In this document: positions 28,348 through 38,549 of the stretch, piece by piece
How the letters are laid out: each line of letters begins with the position of its first letter
Numbering within the stretch: position 1 is the first letter of the stretch
Virus record (IMG/VR): IMGVR_UViG_3300031576_000005
Location: 1-64,000 of that record
DNA length: 64,000 nt
Direction: 5' to 3' (one strand)
Source: a virus
Translations under genes and position numbers: made by a program
The notes under the pieces: model-generated
What the model saw: only the letters and a program-made list of their open reading frames with translations
What the model was told of the DNA's origin: nothing
The model's database searches: none

Positions 28348-31032
28348 ATGGCATTTAATAGAAAATTAGTTAAACAAGGTTCTTCTAATGGAGTATCTAT
28401 AGGAACTTCTTCAAGCGGAAGCGGCTCTTATTCTGTCTCAGTTGGTGCTAGCTCAGTTGCTTCTGCTGCTAGGACTATTGCAATTGGTGATACCGCTACA
28501 GCTTCCGCACAGCGAAGTACTGCAATTGGTCATACGGCAACTGCATCTGCCGCTTATTCTCTTGCGATTGGCTTTAGTACTACGGCAAGTTCTAATAATA
28601 ACATTGCTATAGGAAGGGGCGCATCTGCAACAACTAGTAGTGAGAATATTGCGATTGGTTTTTCTGCGAGTTGTGCTGGAGCAAATTCTTTAACAATAGG
28701 TGTATTATCAACTTGTGTTGCCAGTAACTCTATTTCAATTGGCCGCAATTCTTCCACCGGGAGTAATTCTTACAATATAGCATTAGGAGCATATAATACC
28801 ACCGCCGGCTCCTATGGGGTAGCTATTGGACATAAGAATGCCGCCGGTAGTCTTAATTCTATAGAAGTTGGTCGATATAATTTTTCTTCTTCAACATCTT
28901 TTGCGAATGTTGCCTTTGGGTTACTTAACAACCAAACAGGTGGTACGATTAATACATCAACCGGTGCTATTACGGGGTCTCCAGTTGTTGCTACAACTAT
29001 TGGCGTTCTTTCTATGGCCTTTGGTATTAACAATAGCGCTCAGGGTAATAGAAGTTTAGTAATGGGATATGCAAATACAGCGAGTAGTTATGATTCTGTT
29101 ACTATTGGTCAAAGTAATACTAATTCCCAATATAATTCTGTGATGATTGGCAGGCTGAACACTAATAGTGGAGCTGGTGGTAGCAATGAAGTTGTTATTG
29201 GAAATAGCAATACTTGGGGTGCGGTATCCACAAGTGTCGTAATAGGATATAGTAATACTAACACTGGAGCTGGAAATAATTCAATAACTATTGGAAATTC
29301 TAATACCACAACAGCAAGTAAGGTTCGTATTTTTGGTCTAAGTAATACGGGTGGAGGATTAGAATCCTTTACCTTCGGAAAAAGTAATGCGAATGATTCT
29401 ACGAGTTCTATAGTCGCTGGAACATCCAATACGGCAACTAGCAACGGAAATAAAAATAATATTTTCGGATATTCAAATTCTGTTAATAATGGAGATATTA
29501 ATACCGTCTGTGGAAGCTACAATAATGTTAATACTAAAAATAGCCAAATTTTTGGTATATATAATTTTGGCACATCAACCTCGCATTCAATTGTATCTAT
29601 TGGTATTTTGAATAACCAAACCGGTGGAACGATTAATACCAGTACTGGAGCTATTACTGGTGTTCCAGCCGTTGCTACTACAATCGGAAAACTTTCCATG
29701 GCTTTTGGTATTAACAATGATTCCGAGGGTGATAGAAGTTTAACTGTCGGCTATGCAAACTCATGTAGTAATTATGATTCTATAGCAATTGGCCAAGGAA
29801 ACGTAAGTACCGCCATTCAAAGCGTAATGATGGGGAGAAATAATACCGGTGGTGGAACGACAAATGTTGTTATTGGGGATACAAATGTTGGTGGCGTTGG
29901 TACGGGGGTAACAATCGTTGGGCGAACTAATAATATGAACGGATTCAATCGTTCTACTATTATTGGAAATAGTAATACAGACGCTGGAGGCGGTACAAAT
30001 TTACTACTTGGCTTTACGAACACATGTAGTGGTAATTATTCTCATGCGGTTGGAAATAATAACACCATAAATAGTGTTAACGGTGGTAATCATGCGTTTG
30101 GTGCTCTTAACGTTATTACCGCCGGTAATAATAATTCATTATTTGGTCGTGGTAATTCAATCGCTGCTGGTAACGCTTCTACTATTATTGGATTTGCTAA
30201 TACGGCAGATACTGCAAATAGTAATATTTTTGGAAATCAGAATATTGTTACCAACGGTCCATCTGTAGTAGCCGGCTATAGTAATTCTTCAGACGGAAAT
30301 CGTTCTTGTATTTTTGGGGGCAATAATAATAATGATGGTACAGATAATCTTTTAATGGGTTATTTTAATACTGGAATTTCGGCCGCTGGACAAGGTACGG
30401 CTATAGGGCAAGCAAATAAAATAGGGGGTAACCAAAATTCGATTGCTTTGGGTCGATTTAATTTCGCTACTAAAAATGCTTGTATTGCTATTGGTATAAT
30501 GAACAATATCAATAGCGCTAGTAATTATATGACCGAAAATGGTCTTATTGCTAGCGGTGCTTCAAGCGAAGCTGCTACAATTGGCCAACGTTCGGTGGCC
30601 ATCGGGATAAACAACAACGTTCAAGCAAACAGATGTTGTGTTTTTGGTCAAGATATTACGGGTGACGTATCTGGAAGCATTCATATTGGTACAAACAATT
30701 TTGGAAAAATACAAATTAGTAATAGCGGTGTATTGGCGGCAAGTGGAACAATTGTTGCTTTAACTACAAAGACCGGCGCATATACTTTAACAGCAAGCGA
30801 TACTATTATTTTAGCTAACTCATCCGGCGCGGCTTTTGTTATTACCCTTCCTAGCACCACTGGAATTAATGGCAGAAAATATACTGTTAAGAAAATTGAT
30901 AGTAGTGCAAATGCAGTTACATTGAGTGGAATTCTTGGACAAACAATTGATGGGAATCCCACTTATGCAATTAGTGGGCAGTATGTTTCAACAGATATAG
31001 TATCAGATAATAACAATTGGTGGATAGTCTAA
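28348..31032 (+). CDS. Long adhesin-like fibre (YadA-head/Hep_Hag-type beta-roll repeats)
   Basis: ~14-aa ASAxxSxAIG / GxxNT repeats; duplicated NNQTGGTINTSTGAITG module; shared C-terminal domain. Confidence 0.75.
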   Translation: MAFNRKLVKQGSSNGVSIGTSSSGSGSYSVSVGASSVASAARTIAIGDTATASAQRSTAIGHTATASAAYSLAIGFSTTASSNNNIAIGRGASATTSSENIAIGFSASCAGANSLTIGVLSTCVASNSISIGRNSSTGSNSYNIALGAYNTTAGSYGVAIGHKNAAGSLNSIEVGRYNFSSSTSFANVAFGLLNNQTGGTINTSTGAITGSPVVATTIGVLSMAFGINNSAQGNRSLVMGYANTASSYDSVTIGQSNTNSQYNSVMIGRLNTNSGAGGSNEVVIGNSNTWGAVSTSVVIGYSNTNTGAGNNSITIGNSNTTTASKVRIFGLSNTGGGLESFTFGKSNANDSTSSIVAGTSNTATSNGNKNNIFGYSNSVNNGDINTVCGSYNNVNTKNSQIFGIYNFGTSTSHSIVSIGILNNQTGGTINTSTGAITGVPAVATTIGKLSMAFGINNDSEGDRSLTVGYANSCSNYDSIAIGQGNVSTAIQSVMMGRNNTGGGTTNVVIGDTNVGGVGTGVTIVGRTNNMNGFNRSTIIGNSNTDAGGGTNLLLGFTNTCSGNYSHAVGNNNTINSVNGGNHAFGALNVITAGNNNSLFGRGNSIAAGNASTIIGFANTADTANSNIFGNQNIVTNGPSVVAGYSNSSDGNRSCIFGGNNNNDGTDNLLMGYFNTGISAAGQGTAIGQANKIGGNQNSIALGRFNFATKNACIAIGIMNNINSASNYMTENGLIASGASSEAATIGQRSVAIGINNNVQANRCCVFGQDITGDVSGSIHIGTNNFGKIQISNSGVLAASGTIVALTTKTGAYTLTASDTIILANSSGAAFVITLPSTTGINGRKYTVKKIDSSANAVTLSGILGQTIDGNPTYAISGQYVSTDIVSDNNNWWIV

Positions 31033-31036
31033 GTTT

Positions 31037-32248
31037 ATGGCACTTAATAATTATCCGATAATTCCGGGACAAAAAACAAATAATAACGCCCTGGTAATGA
31101 CAGATGTTGGTGGCGATAAAAGAGGGGACAATGCTATCGATATACAGAGTTCCCACATATCATCAAGAGTTGCTGCCGGTACTAATTCTATTTGTCTTGG
31201 GGTAGATAATCTAGCCAAATCGGAAGGTTCAATTTCTATTGGTGTCAATAATATTTCAACTGGTAATTATTCATTAGTTATAGGTGCTGGAAATACATGC
31301 TCTGGGGTTTATTCTCTAGTGTGTGGAAACTTCAATTCTACTAGTAACGATGTAGCTATTGCTTATGGACATGGTAATATCATCAACGGTATTCAATCAT
31401 CATGCTTTGGGGTTTCTAATACCGCGTCTGGAAGCTATTCGGTCTCTATTGGCAGAACAAACTCTACTGATTTTAGCTCCGCCGTAGCGATTGGACTCGG
31501 TAATATTTCGGCATCAGCATATAGTGCAGCCATTGGTGTCTCCAATACTTCTACCGGACCACAGTTAGCCGCATCTATTGGTTTAGCTAATTCGGCGGCA
31601 GGCGTTTACTCCGCCGCTTTTGGTGGTAGGAATAAAACCGCCGCAGATACACAACAAAAATTTGGATATTATAATTTTGGGTCGTCAACCTCAATATCTT
31701 CTATAGGTATTGGTATTGGTAATAATAGCCAACAAGTATCTGTCGATAAAAATACCGGAGTTGTTACTGTTGGGACTCCTGTTGCAGCTAGTAGCGTTGG
31801 AATTCGTTCAGTTGCTGTTGGTATTAATAATAATCCTAGTTCAAATAATTGTTCTGTTTTCGGCCAAGATATATCGGGAAATATAAGCGGATGTTGCATG
31901 ATTGGTCCAAATAATAATAGTAGAATGGTAATTTCTGGTAGTGGAACTGTTATTATGAGTGGAATGGCTTTGGCCACCACAACCGAGACCCTTAATTATA
32001 ACGCTAAAGCAAGCGATAGTTTAATTATAATGGATATTAATACGAGTCGTACTCTCCAACTACCCAATGCTATTGGCAATAAAGGACGTGTATATATAGT
32101 AAAAAATATTGGCACTTCTACAAGAACGGTAACCGTTAGTAGCGTAATTGGAGGTCAAACAATCGATGGAGCCGCATCAGATGTTATTAGCGGAAATTAT
32201 TTAGTCCGAACGTATATTTCAGATAATAGCAATTGGTTCACAATTTAA
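31037..32248 (+). CDS. Adhesin-like fibre, paralog of 28348
   Basis: RGDNAIDIQ, G..N.ASG.YS repeats; shared C-terminal ...GQTIDG...SDNSNW domain. Confidence 0.75.
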   Translation: MALNNYPIIPGQKTNNNALVMTDVGGDKRGDNAIDIQSSHISSRVAAGTNSICLGVDNLAKSEGSISIGVNNISTGNYSLVIGAGNTCSGVYSLVCGNFNSTSNDVAIAYGHGNIINGIQSSCFGVSNTASGSYSVSIGRTNSTDFSSAVAIGLGNISASAYSAAIGVSNTSTGPQLAASIGLANSAAGVYSAAFGGRNKTAADTQQKFGYYNFGSSTSISSIGIGIGNNSQQVSVDKNTGVVTVGTPVAASSVGIRSVAVGINNNPSSNNCSVFGQDISGNISGCCMIGPNNNSRMVISGSGTVIMSGMALATTTETLNYNAKASDSLIIMDINTSRTLQLPNAIGNKGRVYIVKNIGTSTRTVTVSSVIGGQTIDGAASDVISGNYLVRTYISDNSNWFTI

Positions 32249-32270
32249 TTCAACAAAAAAAGGAAATAAA

Positions 32271-32507
32271 ATGATTAATATAATTCAACAAAAAGAAACT
32301 ATTCTAACAGTAGATGAGATTACGGTAGAAAGAACTGTAGATATGCCTAGTAATAGAATATGCCACGCATATATCGTAGGATATCCTCGACCCATAGTTC
32401 TATGGTCCGACGCCGATTATGACGCCATTGGTCAATGGACTGATATCGACGTAACTAATAGGCTTAATGCTTTTGCGACAAGCGGGATAACCCCTTTCAA
32501 ACTCTAA
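32271..32507 (+). CDS. Small fibre-associated protein
   Basis: LW..ADYDAIGQWTD.DV..RL; AAGGA SD. Confidence 0.65.
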   Translation: MINIIQQKETILTVDEITVERTVDMPSNRICHAYIVGYPRPIVLWSDADYDAIGQWTDIDVTNRLNAFATSGITPFKL

Positions 32508-32508
32508 T

Positions 32509-32781
32509 ATGTCGTACATCAATCCTTCTATTGGGAGGGTTAATATTCCTGATGGTTCGGGGAAAGGTATGGGACTAGCTACTTTAGTGAGCGGAGGAGC
32601 TACTGTAATTCATAGTCTTATAACCAATAATACTCGAATTATGGTTACTCCACAAACAGGAGTTCTTAATTCTGGATTTGTTTGGGTGGACAATAGAACA
32701 GCCGGAGTATCTTTTCATATTGCGTCGTCAAATCCATCGGACGGTAGAGAGGTGGCTTGGTTTCTATTCGAGCCAGTCTAA
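32509..32781 (+). CDS. Small beta-sandwich (H-type-lectin-like fibre-tip) protein
   Basis: ATLVSG.ATV......I.VT...RTAGVSF.I.S...D...VAW pattern. Confidence 0.55.
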   Translation: MSYINPSIGRVNIPDGSGKGMGLATLVSGGATVIHSLITNNTRIMVTPQTGVLNSGFVWVDNRTAGVSFHIASSNPSDGREVAWFLFEPV

Positions 32782-32792
32782 AAAAATAGTTG

Positions 32793-32821
32793 TTGCAATC
32801 AGTCTGAGTATCTGATATAGT
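32793..32821 (+). promoter_or_regulatory. Sigma70 promoter with extended -10 for sulfotransferase
   Basis: TTGCAA-N17-TATAGT with TGn. Confidence 0.6.
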
Positions 32822-32848
32822 ATATTTGAACACTATAAATATATTTAT

Positions 32849-33676
32849 ATGAAAATTATCTTTAATTCTTCTCTTCCACGCAGCGGTTCAACTTTGGTTC
32901 AAAATATTTTAGGCCAGAATCCCGCATTCTATGTATCTCCAACCAGCGGTACGCTGGAGTTGCTTTATGGAGCTAGAGCTAATTATACCGACTGCCAAGA
33001 ATTCAAGGCGCAGGATAGTGATTTAATGGCTAAAGGATTCTCTGGATTCTGTCTTGGTGGTTTAGAAGGATGGTACAAAAATATTACAGACAAACAAGTT
33101 ATAATTGACAAAAGCCGTGGGTGGATTGGATATTGTGAATTTATTGAAAAATTTATAAAAAACCCAAAGTATATCGTATGCGTTAGAGATTTACGTTCAA
33201 TTTTAGCTAGTATGGAACGACTTTATCGAGAAAATATGGATAAAGTCGATAAAATGGAGGTACCCGCGCAACTTGAGGGAATCACCGTGCACCAAAGGAT
33301 AGCAAAATGGATGAGTTCTCCGCCCGTCGGACTTGCGACACTTCGAATTTATGATGCCATTCATAGAGGAAACATAAAAAATATGTGTGTGATTCGCTAC
33401 GAGGATTTGTTAAGCGAGCCAGAGAAGGTACTTGCCCATCTTTATGAATATTTAGAAGAACCTCTTTTTTTACATGACTTAAAAAATATTCCTCAAATTA
33501 CTCAAGAGCGTGATTCGGAATATGGCGTGTATGGGAATCATGTGATTCGTAATACTCTTTCTAAGCCAGAAACCGACCATTATAAACTTCTTGGAGAAAC
33601 GGCTGGAGCAAATATCATTTCTCAAAATAAGTGGTTTTTCGATTATTTTTATGCTGCGGGTAGCCGATTTTACTAA
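32849..33676 (+). CDS. PAPS-dependent sulfotransferase family protein
   Basis: 5'-PSB loop SLPRSGSTL; DKSRGW; 3'-PB VRDLRSILAS; RYEDL. Confidence 0.88.
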   Translation: MKIIFNSSLPRSGSTLVQNILGQNPAFYVSPTSGTLELLYGARANYTDCQEFKAQDSDLMAKGFSGFCLGGLEGWYKNITDKQVIIDKSRGWIGYCEFIEKFIKNPKYIVCVRDLRSILASMERLYRENMDKVDKMEVPAQLEGITVHQRIAKWMSSPPVGLATLRIYDAIHRGNIKNMCVIRYEDLLSEPEKVLAHLYEYLEEPLFLHDLKNIPQITQERDSEYGVYGNHVIRNTLSKPETDHYKLLGETAGANIISQNKWFFDYFYAAGSRFY

Positions 33677-33678
33677 AA

Positions 33679-34449
33679 ATGTCTATAGTTTCTTTAAATT
33701 ATATTTTAAATTTTATAGATAAAAACGGAATACGTCATCACTCAAAAAGCCTGGTTTCATGCGAGCATCCTTCTCATGTAGGCGAAAAAGAAAGACTGAT
33801 ATATAAAAGTGATGCTGTTAAGGGTTTGGGAATAAAATATTGTCGTTCGTGTTGTGTTAAAGGCAAGAGTCCTTCGGAGGAATCTCGTAAGAAAATGAGT
33901 CTAGCTCAAAGAGGAAAGATAGTCTCTCAAGAAGCTCGTGATAAAATGTCAAAATCTCATATTGGAAAACATGACGGAGAAAAGAATAGTTTTTATGGTA
34001 AACATCATTCGGAAGAAACTAAACGAAAGATTAGAGAATCTAATAAAGGTGAGAAAAGCTCTCTTTACGGGACGCATCATTCAGTTGAATGGCGTGAAAA
34101 AATAGGTTTATCGCAAAAAGGAGAGAAAAATCATCGATGGCGTCAAGATTTAACACAAGCAGAAAGAGAAGACAATAAAAATAGAACTCGAAATCCCAAA
34201 ACTTTAGAATTTCGACAATTAATTTACAAACGCGACAATTGGACTTGTCAAATTACGGGACCGAAAAATATTAAACTAGCAGTTCACCATCTCTACAATT
34301 GGGCAGACCATCCAGACAAACGTTTCGACCCCAACAACGGTATCACCATCTCCGAAGCCTATCACAAGCTCTTCCACAAGATTTACGGTAAACGCCACAA
34401 TACCCCAGAACAATTCGAAGAATTTAAACGTAATATATTAAGTCTTTAA
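33679..34449 (+). CDS. Zn-ribbon/NUMOD3/HNH endonuclease (copy 2)
   Basis: Four NUMOD3 repeats; VHHLYNW...NNGITI...H..FH. Confidence 0.85.
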   Translation: MSIVSLNYILNFIDKNGIRHHSKSLVSCEHPSHVGEKERLIYKSDAVKGLGIKYCRSCCVKGKSPSEESRKKMSLAQRGKIVSQEARDKMSKSHIGKHDGEKNSFYGKHHSEETKRKIRESNKGEKSSLYGTHHSVEWREKIGLSQKGEKNHRWRQDLTQAEREDNKNRTRNPKTLEFRQLIYKRDNWTCQITGPKNIKLAVHHLYNWADHPDKRFDPNNGITISEAYHKLFHKIYGKRHNTPEQFEEFKRNILSL

Positions 34450-34531
34450 TATATATAAATTCTTTAGTGTCGCTATAGTTCCGCCGGTCAGTGTCTAAAA
34501 AAGTGTAATATCTATCAGAGATATTGCGCTT

Positions 34532-34837
34532 ATGTCATCCAAGGGTACTAAAAATATAATTACTGATGCGGAAACGTTAAAAGACCTCATTTATGAGGTT
34601 CATAGCCCATCTTTAAAGAAGATTTCGCGTACTTTGATATTAGGTAATCTTGGCATCATCTTGGCCATGTCCTGGGGAATAATTACAGACCATTTCGTAG
34701 TAAAAAACCTAGTATCTATCACAAGTATTCATTCAACGCAAATTGATGGATTAAATAATAGAACTACTAGTAACGAAAAAGCCCTTGCTGCGGATGATGC
34801 TCGCATTAAGAATATAGAAAATAATAGAAAAAGATAA
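34532..34837 (+). CDS. Single-TM plus coiled-coil protein (holin-like?)
   Basis: TM LILGNLGIILAMSWGII followed by coiled coil; late motif at 34502. Confidence 0.45.
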   Translation: MSSKGTKNIITDAETLKDLIYEVHSPSLKKISRTLILGNLGIILAMSWGIITDHFVVKNLVSITSIHSTQIDGLNNRTTSNEKALAADDARIKNIENNRKR

Positions 34838-34838
34838 T

Positions 34839-35279
34839 ATGAAAAAAATTGAAGCTAACTTTAAAAAACTTGAACTAAAAGATTTAAATTTAATTATTGC
34901 CGAGGCTTTACCAGTTAAGCTTCCCGTCCCTGATTCGGCTCAATCTAAGCCAACCGATTATTATTATACTAAAGATGAACTTGAAGGTGTTTTTCGAAAA
35001 TTATACACCGATGTAACCGATGTTATTCATAATGTTCACGCCAATCATATGAGTGATTATCAAAATTTAATAGACCAAATTAATGATTGTATGGAAACAC
35101 ACGATACCGGCCACCTTCCAGCAATGCATAAAGGACAAATTAAAGCAATGTTAAAATCTGCTGGTATTTGTGACGACTTTGATGATGAAAAACAACCAAT
35201 ATCTCGCGCTCCCGCTCGCGTATATTCGAGCGATTCAGACAAAACTTCTTTCGCAAAGATTGAAATTAAAGTTAAGTAA
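34839..35279 (+). CDS. Hypothetical head-module protein
   Basis: ORF coupled to protease gene (TAAtATG). Confidence 0.65.
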   Translation: MKKIEANFKKLELKDLNLIIAEALPVKLPVPDSAQSKPTDYYYTKDELEGVFRKLYTDVTDVIHNVHANHMSDYQNLIDQINDCMETHDTGHLPAMHKGQIKAMLKSAGICDDFDDEKQPISRAPARVYSSDSDKTSFAKIEIKVK

Positions 35280-35280
35280 T

Positions 35281-36777
35281 ATGGAGAAGAAGCAAAGAGT
35301 TATTCATATAGAAGGTAGTGACTTAAAACTCATTCGTCATCCGAAGAGAGAGTTGGTGGCTTGTGCTAGCGAAATAGGAATACAAGAAGCCTATGCAAAA
35401 TTATTCCCTAAAGACCCTAAAAAAGATATTCTCTATTTTAGTGGGATTAGCTTCACTATAGGCAATATCAACAAAAATGATTGTATTATCCTTCCAGACG
35501 AAGGTATGTCAATGTATAAGACAGGGATTTCCTCTCCTCTTGATATAGAGCATGAACGAGAGCGAATAGTTGGTTTTTGTGTTAATACATACTTATCAAA
35601 CATAAACAATAATAAAATCTTAGACGAAGAGCAAGCACAGGAAATTCTTGGCGGTAAAGGTATGGTGAATGTTGGCGTTGTTATGGGAGCGTGGAAAATT
35701 AATGCACAAGAAGCTACTGAATTATTACTCGAAAATTTTGACGAAAACTCTGCCAATTTTAATAAAATTAAACTTTCTTTCGAATGTTACTTTAGTGATT
35801 TTTCTTTCTTTTTATCCAATGGACGAGCTAATTATCCAGATGGACAATTAATATCTAGCGGCGAAGATAATATTGACGCTGACAAAATGTTCGATGCCTT
35901 AAAAATAAACGGTGGAAATGGTGTCTGGCAAGGTAATCGTATATCAATAGCCCCCCATAAATCCTTTATCGGCGGTAATGCAATTACCCTTGCTCCAGCC
36001 AACGAATTTAGTCATTTGGTATCAAAAAAGGAAGATGAAAGCATTTTAATCCATGTTTCTACCGAATCTAAAACTACAGAAATAGAAAAAAGTGTAAATA
36101 TAAACACAGGAGACATTATTATGCCCGAACCCCTTAAAGATACAAAAAGTGAAATTGCAGTTGAAGCAGCCGTCGCTCCAATATTAGTTGATAAAGACAT
36201 GGCTGATAAACTTCAATCTGAACTGAATATTAAGCTTTCTGAGCTTAGCGCAAAAGAGAACAAAGTCACAGAACTTACAGCAAGTGTTGATGCACTGAAA
36301 AAAGAAAATGAAGAGATTAAAGAAAAACTTATCAAAGCCGAAGAAATGGCTAAAAAGATTCAAGAGTTTCTTGACAAAGAAATTGAAGCTCGTAAAATCG
36401 CTGAAGCAAAAGAAGTCGCCATGGCACAAAAACAATTGGTAGCATCTAGGCTTGGTAAAATTAGTGAATTCATTGAAATCACAGATAATAACCGAGCATT
36501 GCTTGAAAAAGAATGCGCCGATGCTTCTGATGAAGATTTTAATAGGAAACTTGATTTTTATAAGAGTATTTCAAAGAGCGTTCAAGCTAGCATAGAACCT
36601 TCTAATGATAAAGATGTTAAGGCAACTATTGAAGATGTAGTGGCTGATACAGGGAAAGACACAAAAAGTGTAAATATTCATGCGGCAGCACCAAGTGAAT
36701 CATTAAAAGACCAATTTGCGAGGGCATTTAATATTAAAGCTCTCGGATATACAGATAAAAGATTAGTTAACGAGTAA
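35281..36777 (+). CDS. Prohead protease fused to coiled-coil scaffold
   Basis: N.ND...DIEH.R.RIVG...SFEC...PAN protease-like half plus acidic coiled coil; start moved to 35281. Confidence 0.75.
   Translation: MEKKQRVIHIEGSDLKLIRHPKRELVACASEIGIQEAYAKLFPKDPKKDILYFSGISFTIGNINKNDCIILPDEGMSMYKTGISSPLDIEHERERIVGFCVNTYLSNINNNKILDEEQAQEILGGKGMVNVGVVMGAWKINAQEATELLLENFDENSANFNKIKLSFECYFSDFSFFLSNGRANYPDGQLISSGEDNIDADKMFDALKINGGNGVWQGNRISIAPHKSFIGGNAITLAPANEFSHLVSKKEDESILIHVSTESKTTEIEKSVNINTGDIIMPEPLKDTKSEIAVEAAVAPILVDKDMADKLQSELNIKLSELSAKENKVTELTASVDALKKENEEIKEKLIKAEEMAKKIQEFLDKEIEARKIAEAKEVAMAQKQLVASRLGKISEFIEITDNNRALLEKECADASDEDFNRKLDFYKSISKSVQASIEPSNDKDVKATIEDVVADTGKDTKSVNIHAAAPSESLKDQFARAFNIKALGYTDKRLVNE
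36121..36777 (+). CDS. Nested in-frame scaffold protein (internal start)
   Basis: Late motif at 36091, AGGAGA SD, then ATG (MPEPLKD...). Confidence 0.6.
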   Translation: MPEPLKDTKSEIAVEAAVAPILVDKDMADKLQSELNIKLSELSAKENKVTELTASVDALKKENEEIKEKLIKAEEMAKKIQEFLDKEIEARKIAEAKEVAMAQKQLVASRLGKISEFIEITDNNRALLEKECADASDEDFNRKLDFYKSISKSVQASIEPSNDKDVKATIEDVVADTGKDTKSVNIHAAAPSESLKDQFARAFNIKALGYTDKRLVNE

Positions 36778-36796
36778 TATAAACAGGAGAAAATAA

Positions 36797-37336
36797 ATGA
36801 ATTTAAAGCCATTTCGTAGTTACGAAGAAGCAAGTGTAATTAACCTATATTCCCTTGCAGAAGCCTCTGGTAATGCTGGAGATATGGTACAGTTCCAATC
36901 TTGGAATCCAACCGATTCTGATGGTTATGATTCTAATCAGAACTTAGCACCATTTGCAGGAATGACAATTCCTCGATATGTCGACAAAGCCAAAGTCGCT
37001 CTTGTCACATCTGGAAATACAGCAATCGCGGCCGGTGCATTACTGTGGGATGTTCGTGCTAACGACGCTCTTGGCCGACCTCTAATTTATGACGCACAAC
37101 GTTGGAATGAATTGCAAGTTGTCTATTCTGGACAAACTGTACCAATTCTCAAACGTGGTATTGTGATAGTAAGTGGCTACGAAGGAACAGCGGCTGCTGG
37201 TTCAGGCATTGCTGCTGGAGATAGTACCGCTGGCGCATGGAAAGTTGTTGGACCCGCCGTTACCCCAAATTGTGGTAAATGGCTCTCTCAATCTGGCTCG
37301 GATGGATATGCCGTAGCATTCTTAGATGTACGATAA
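36797..37336 (+). CDS. Capsid decoration/cement protein
   Basis: Between scaffold and MCP; AGGAGA SD; beta-tulip-like G.V.V.G pattern. Confidence 0.65.
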   Translation: MNLKPFRSYEEASVINLYSLAEASGNAGDMVQFQSWNPTDSDGYDSNQNLAPFAGMTIPRYVDKAKVALVTSGNTAIAAGALLWDVRANDALGRPLIYDAQRWNELQVVYSGQTVPILKRGIVIVSGYEGTAAAGSGIAAGDSTAGAWKVVGPAVTPNCGKWLSQSGSDGYAVAFLDVR

Positions 37337-37358
37337 TTTATAAAATAAAGGATATCAA

Positions 37359-38438
37359 ATGAAAGTAGTTATTAACGCAACTCCCGAACAAATTGAGCTT
37401 TTAAAGCTAACTGGTTCTCGTGACCGCAGTAAAGCATGGCCAGCGATGGAAGCCTTCGCTGCTATTCTATCACCTGTAGTCCAAGTTGTGCTTGATAAGC
37501 TTTCTACAGTTCGTAGCATGTACACTGTAAAAACTCTCGGAGAAAATGACAATGCGGAATTCCCATTGGACATCTTCTTCAATGAAAAAGATAACGATAT
37601 TCGAGTGCATTTTCAACCTCGTCCAGGTGGAATGCCTTCTTCGTTTCTTTCAGACCTTCAAACAGCTATCGTGCCTACAGCAATGTATCAAGCCGAAGTT
37701 TCTTGGCAGAATAAGTTTGCCCGAAATGGTCGCTTAGATGTAATTGCTTCCTATATCCATAAATTAGGTCAGGCTTTAATTCGTAAAGAGGAAATTAATG
37801 GTTGGGGCGTTGCTCTTAATGCTGCTGCTGTTGGTAGCACGAACGGTTTGTCACACACCGTTACTTCTACCACAACTGATGGTATATTCCATTTAGACCT
37901 TCTCAATCAAATGTTGAATCGCGCAAAACGCATCAATACTTCGATTGACCAAGGAACAGCTTCTAATGCTCCACAAGGACTAACGGATATTTTCCTTTCT
38001 GTTGAAGCTATGTCAGATGTTCGCTCATTTAGTTATAATGGTATCAACGTTCGAGGTGCGATTGTTACTACTCCAGCCGCTGGAGATTCGACCATCGCAT
38101 TACCAGACGACCTTCGTAAACAAATCTTAGCTGGTGCCGGAATGCCTAGCTTATTTGGTTTAAATCTCCATGAGATGAACGAATTCGGTGTTAACTTCAG
38201 TTATAACATTCTCTTCAAGAGTTTCTATACTGGAACATTCGTTCAAACCGCCGATGAAGTTGTTATCGGTGTTGATATGTCTCGTGATTCTAACGTAATG
38301 CCCGCTAAAGGTGACTTACAAATCGTAAATGACATATTTAATAACCGTAGCGATAAATCTGGTGTTCTTGCACAGGAAGATATTGGTTTCGCTGTGCTTG
38401 ATAATCGCGCGTTAATCGCAGGAATTATCGATGGTTAA
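37359..38438 (+). CDS. Major capsid protein (HK97-fold)
   Basis: Size, position, followed by terminator; ARNGRLDVI...KEE..GW and GFAVLDNR C-terminus. Confidence 0.8.
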   Translation: MKVVINATPEQIELLKLTGSRDRSKAWPAMEAFAAILSPVVQVVLDKLSTVRSMYTVKTLGENDNAEFPLDIFFNEKDNDIRVHFQPRPGGMPSSFLSDLQTAIVPTAMYQAEVSWQNKFARNGRLDVIASYIHKLGQALIRKEEINGWGVALNAAAVGSTNGLSHTVTSTTTDGIFHLDLLNQMLNRAKRINTSIDQGTASNAPQGLTDIFLSVEAMSDVRSFSYNGINVRGAIVTTPAAGDSTIALPDDLRKQILAGAGMPSLFGLNLHEMNEFGVNFSYNILFKSFYTGTFVQTADEVVIGVDMSRDSNVMPAKGDLQIVNDIFNNRSDKSGVLAQEDIGFAVLDNRALIAGIIDG

Positions 38439-38458
38439 TAATATCTAATAAAATATAA

Positions 38459-38494
38459 AAAAAAGAGCCGCATTCGCAGGTTTGCGGCTTTTTT
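38459..38494 (+). terminator. Rho-independent terminator after MCP
   Basis: AGCCGCA...TGCGGCT stem with T-tract and upstream A-tract. Confidence 0.8.
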
Positions 38495-38503
38495 GTTTTC
38501 TAG

Positions 38504-38532
38504 TTGAAACATATCAATAAAACTGCTATAAT
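38504..38532 (+). promoter_or_regulatory. Sigma70 promoter with extended -10
   Basis: TTGAAA-N17-TATAAT with TGn. Confidence 0.7.
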
Positions 38533-38549
38533 AAGGTAAAAGGAATAAT

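Noticed and set aside
22747-32248. CRISPR array or DGR template/variable repeats
   Set aside because: The repeats are in-frame protein repeats with synonymous changes. There is no repeat-spacer periodicity, no adenine-specific variation and no reverse transcriptase or cas gene in the window.
35170-35280. Track start of the protease ORF at 35170
   Set aside because: It overlaps the upstream gene by 110 nt; ATG 35281 follows the genome's usual TAAtATG coupling.
36833-36839. Extra AGTGTAA copies at 36833 and 2707
   Set aside because: 36833 lacks the purine at +9 and is far from a start; 2707 is antisense inside an early gene. Both are consistent with chance occurrences of a 7-mer.
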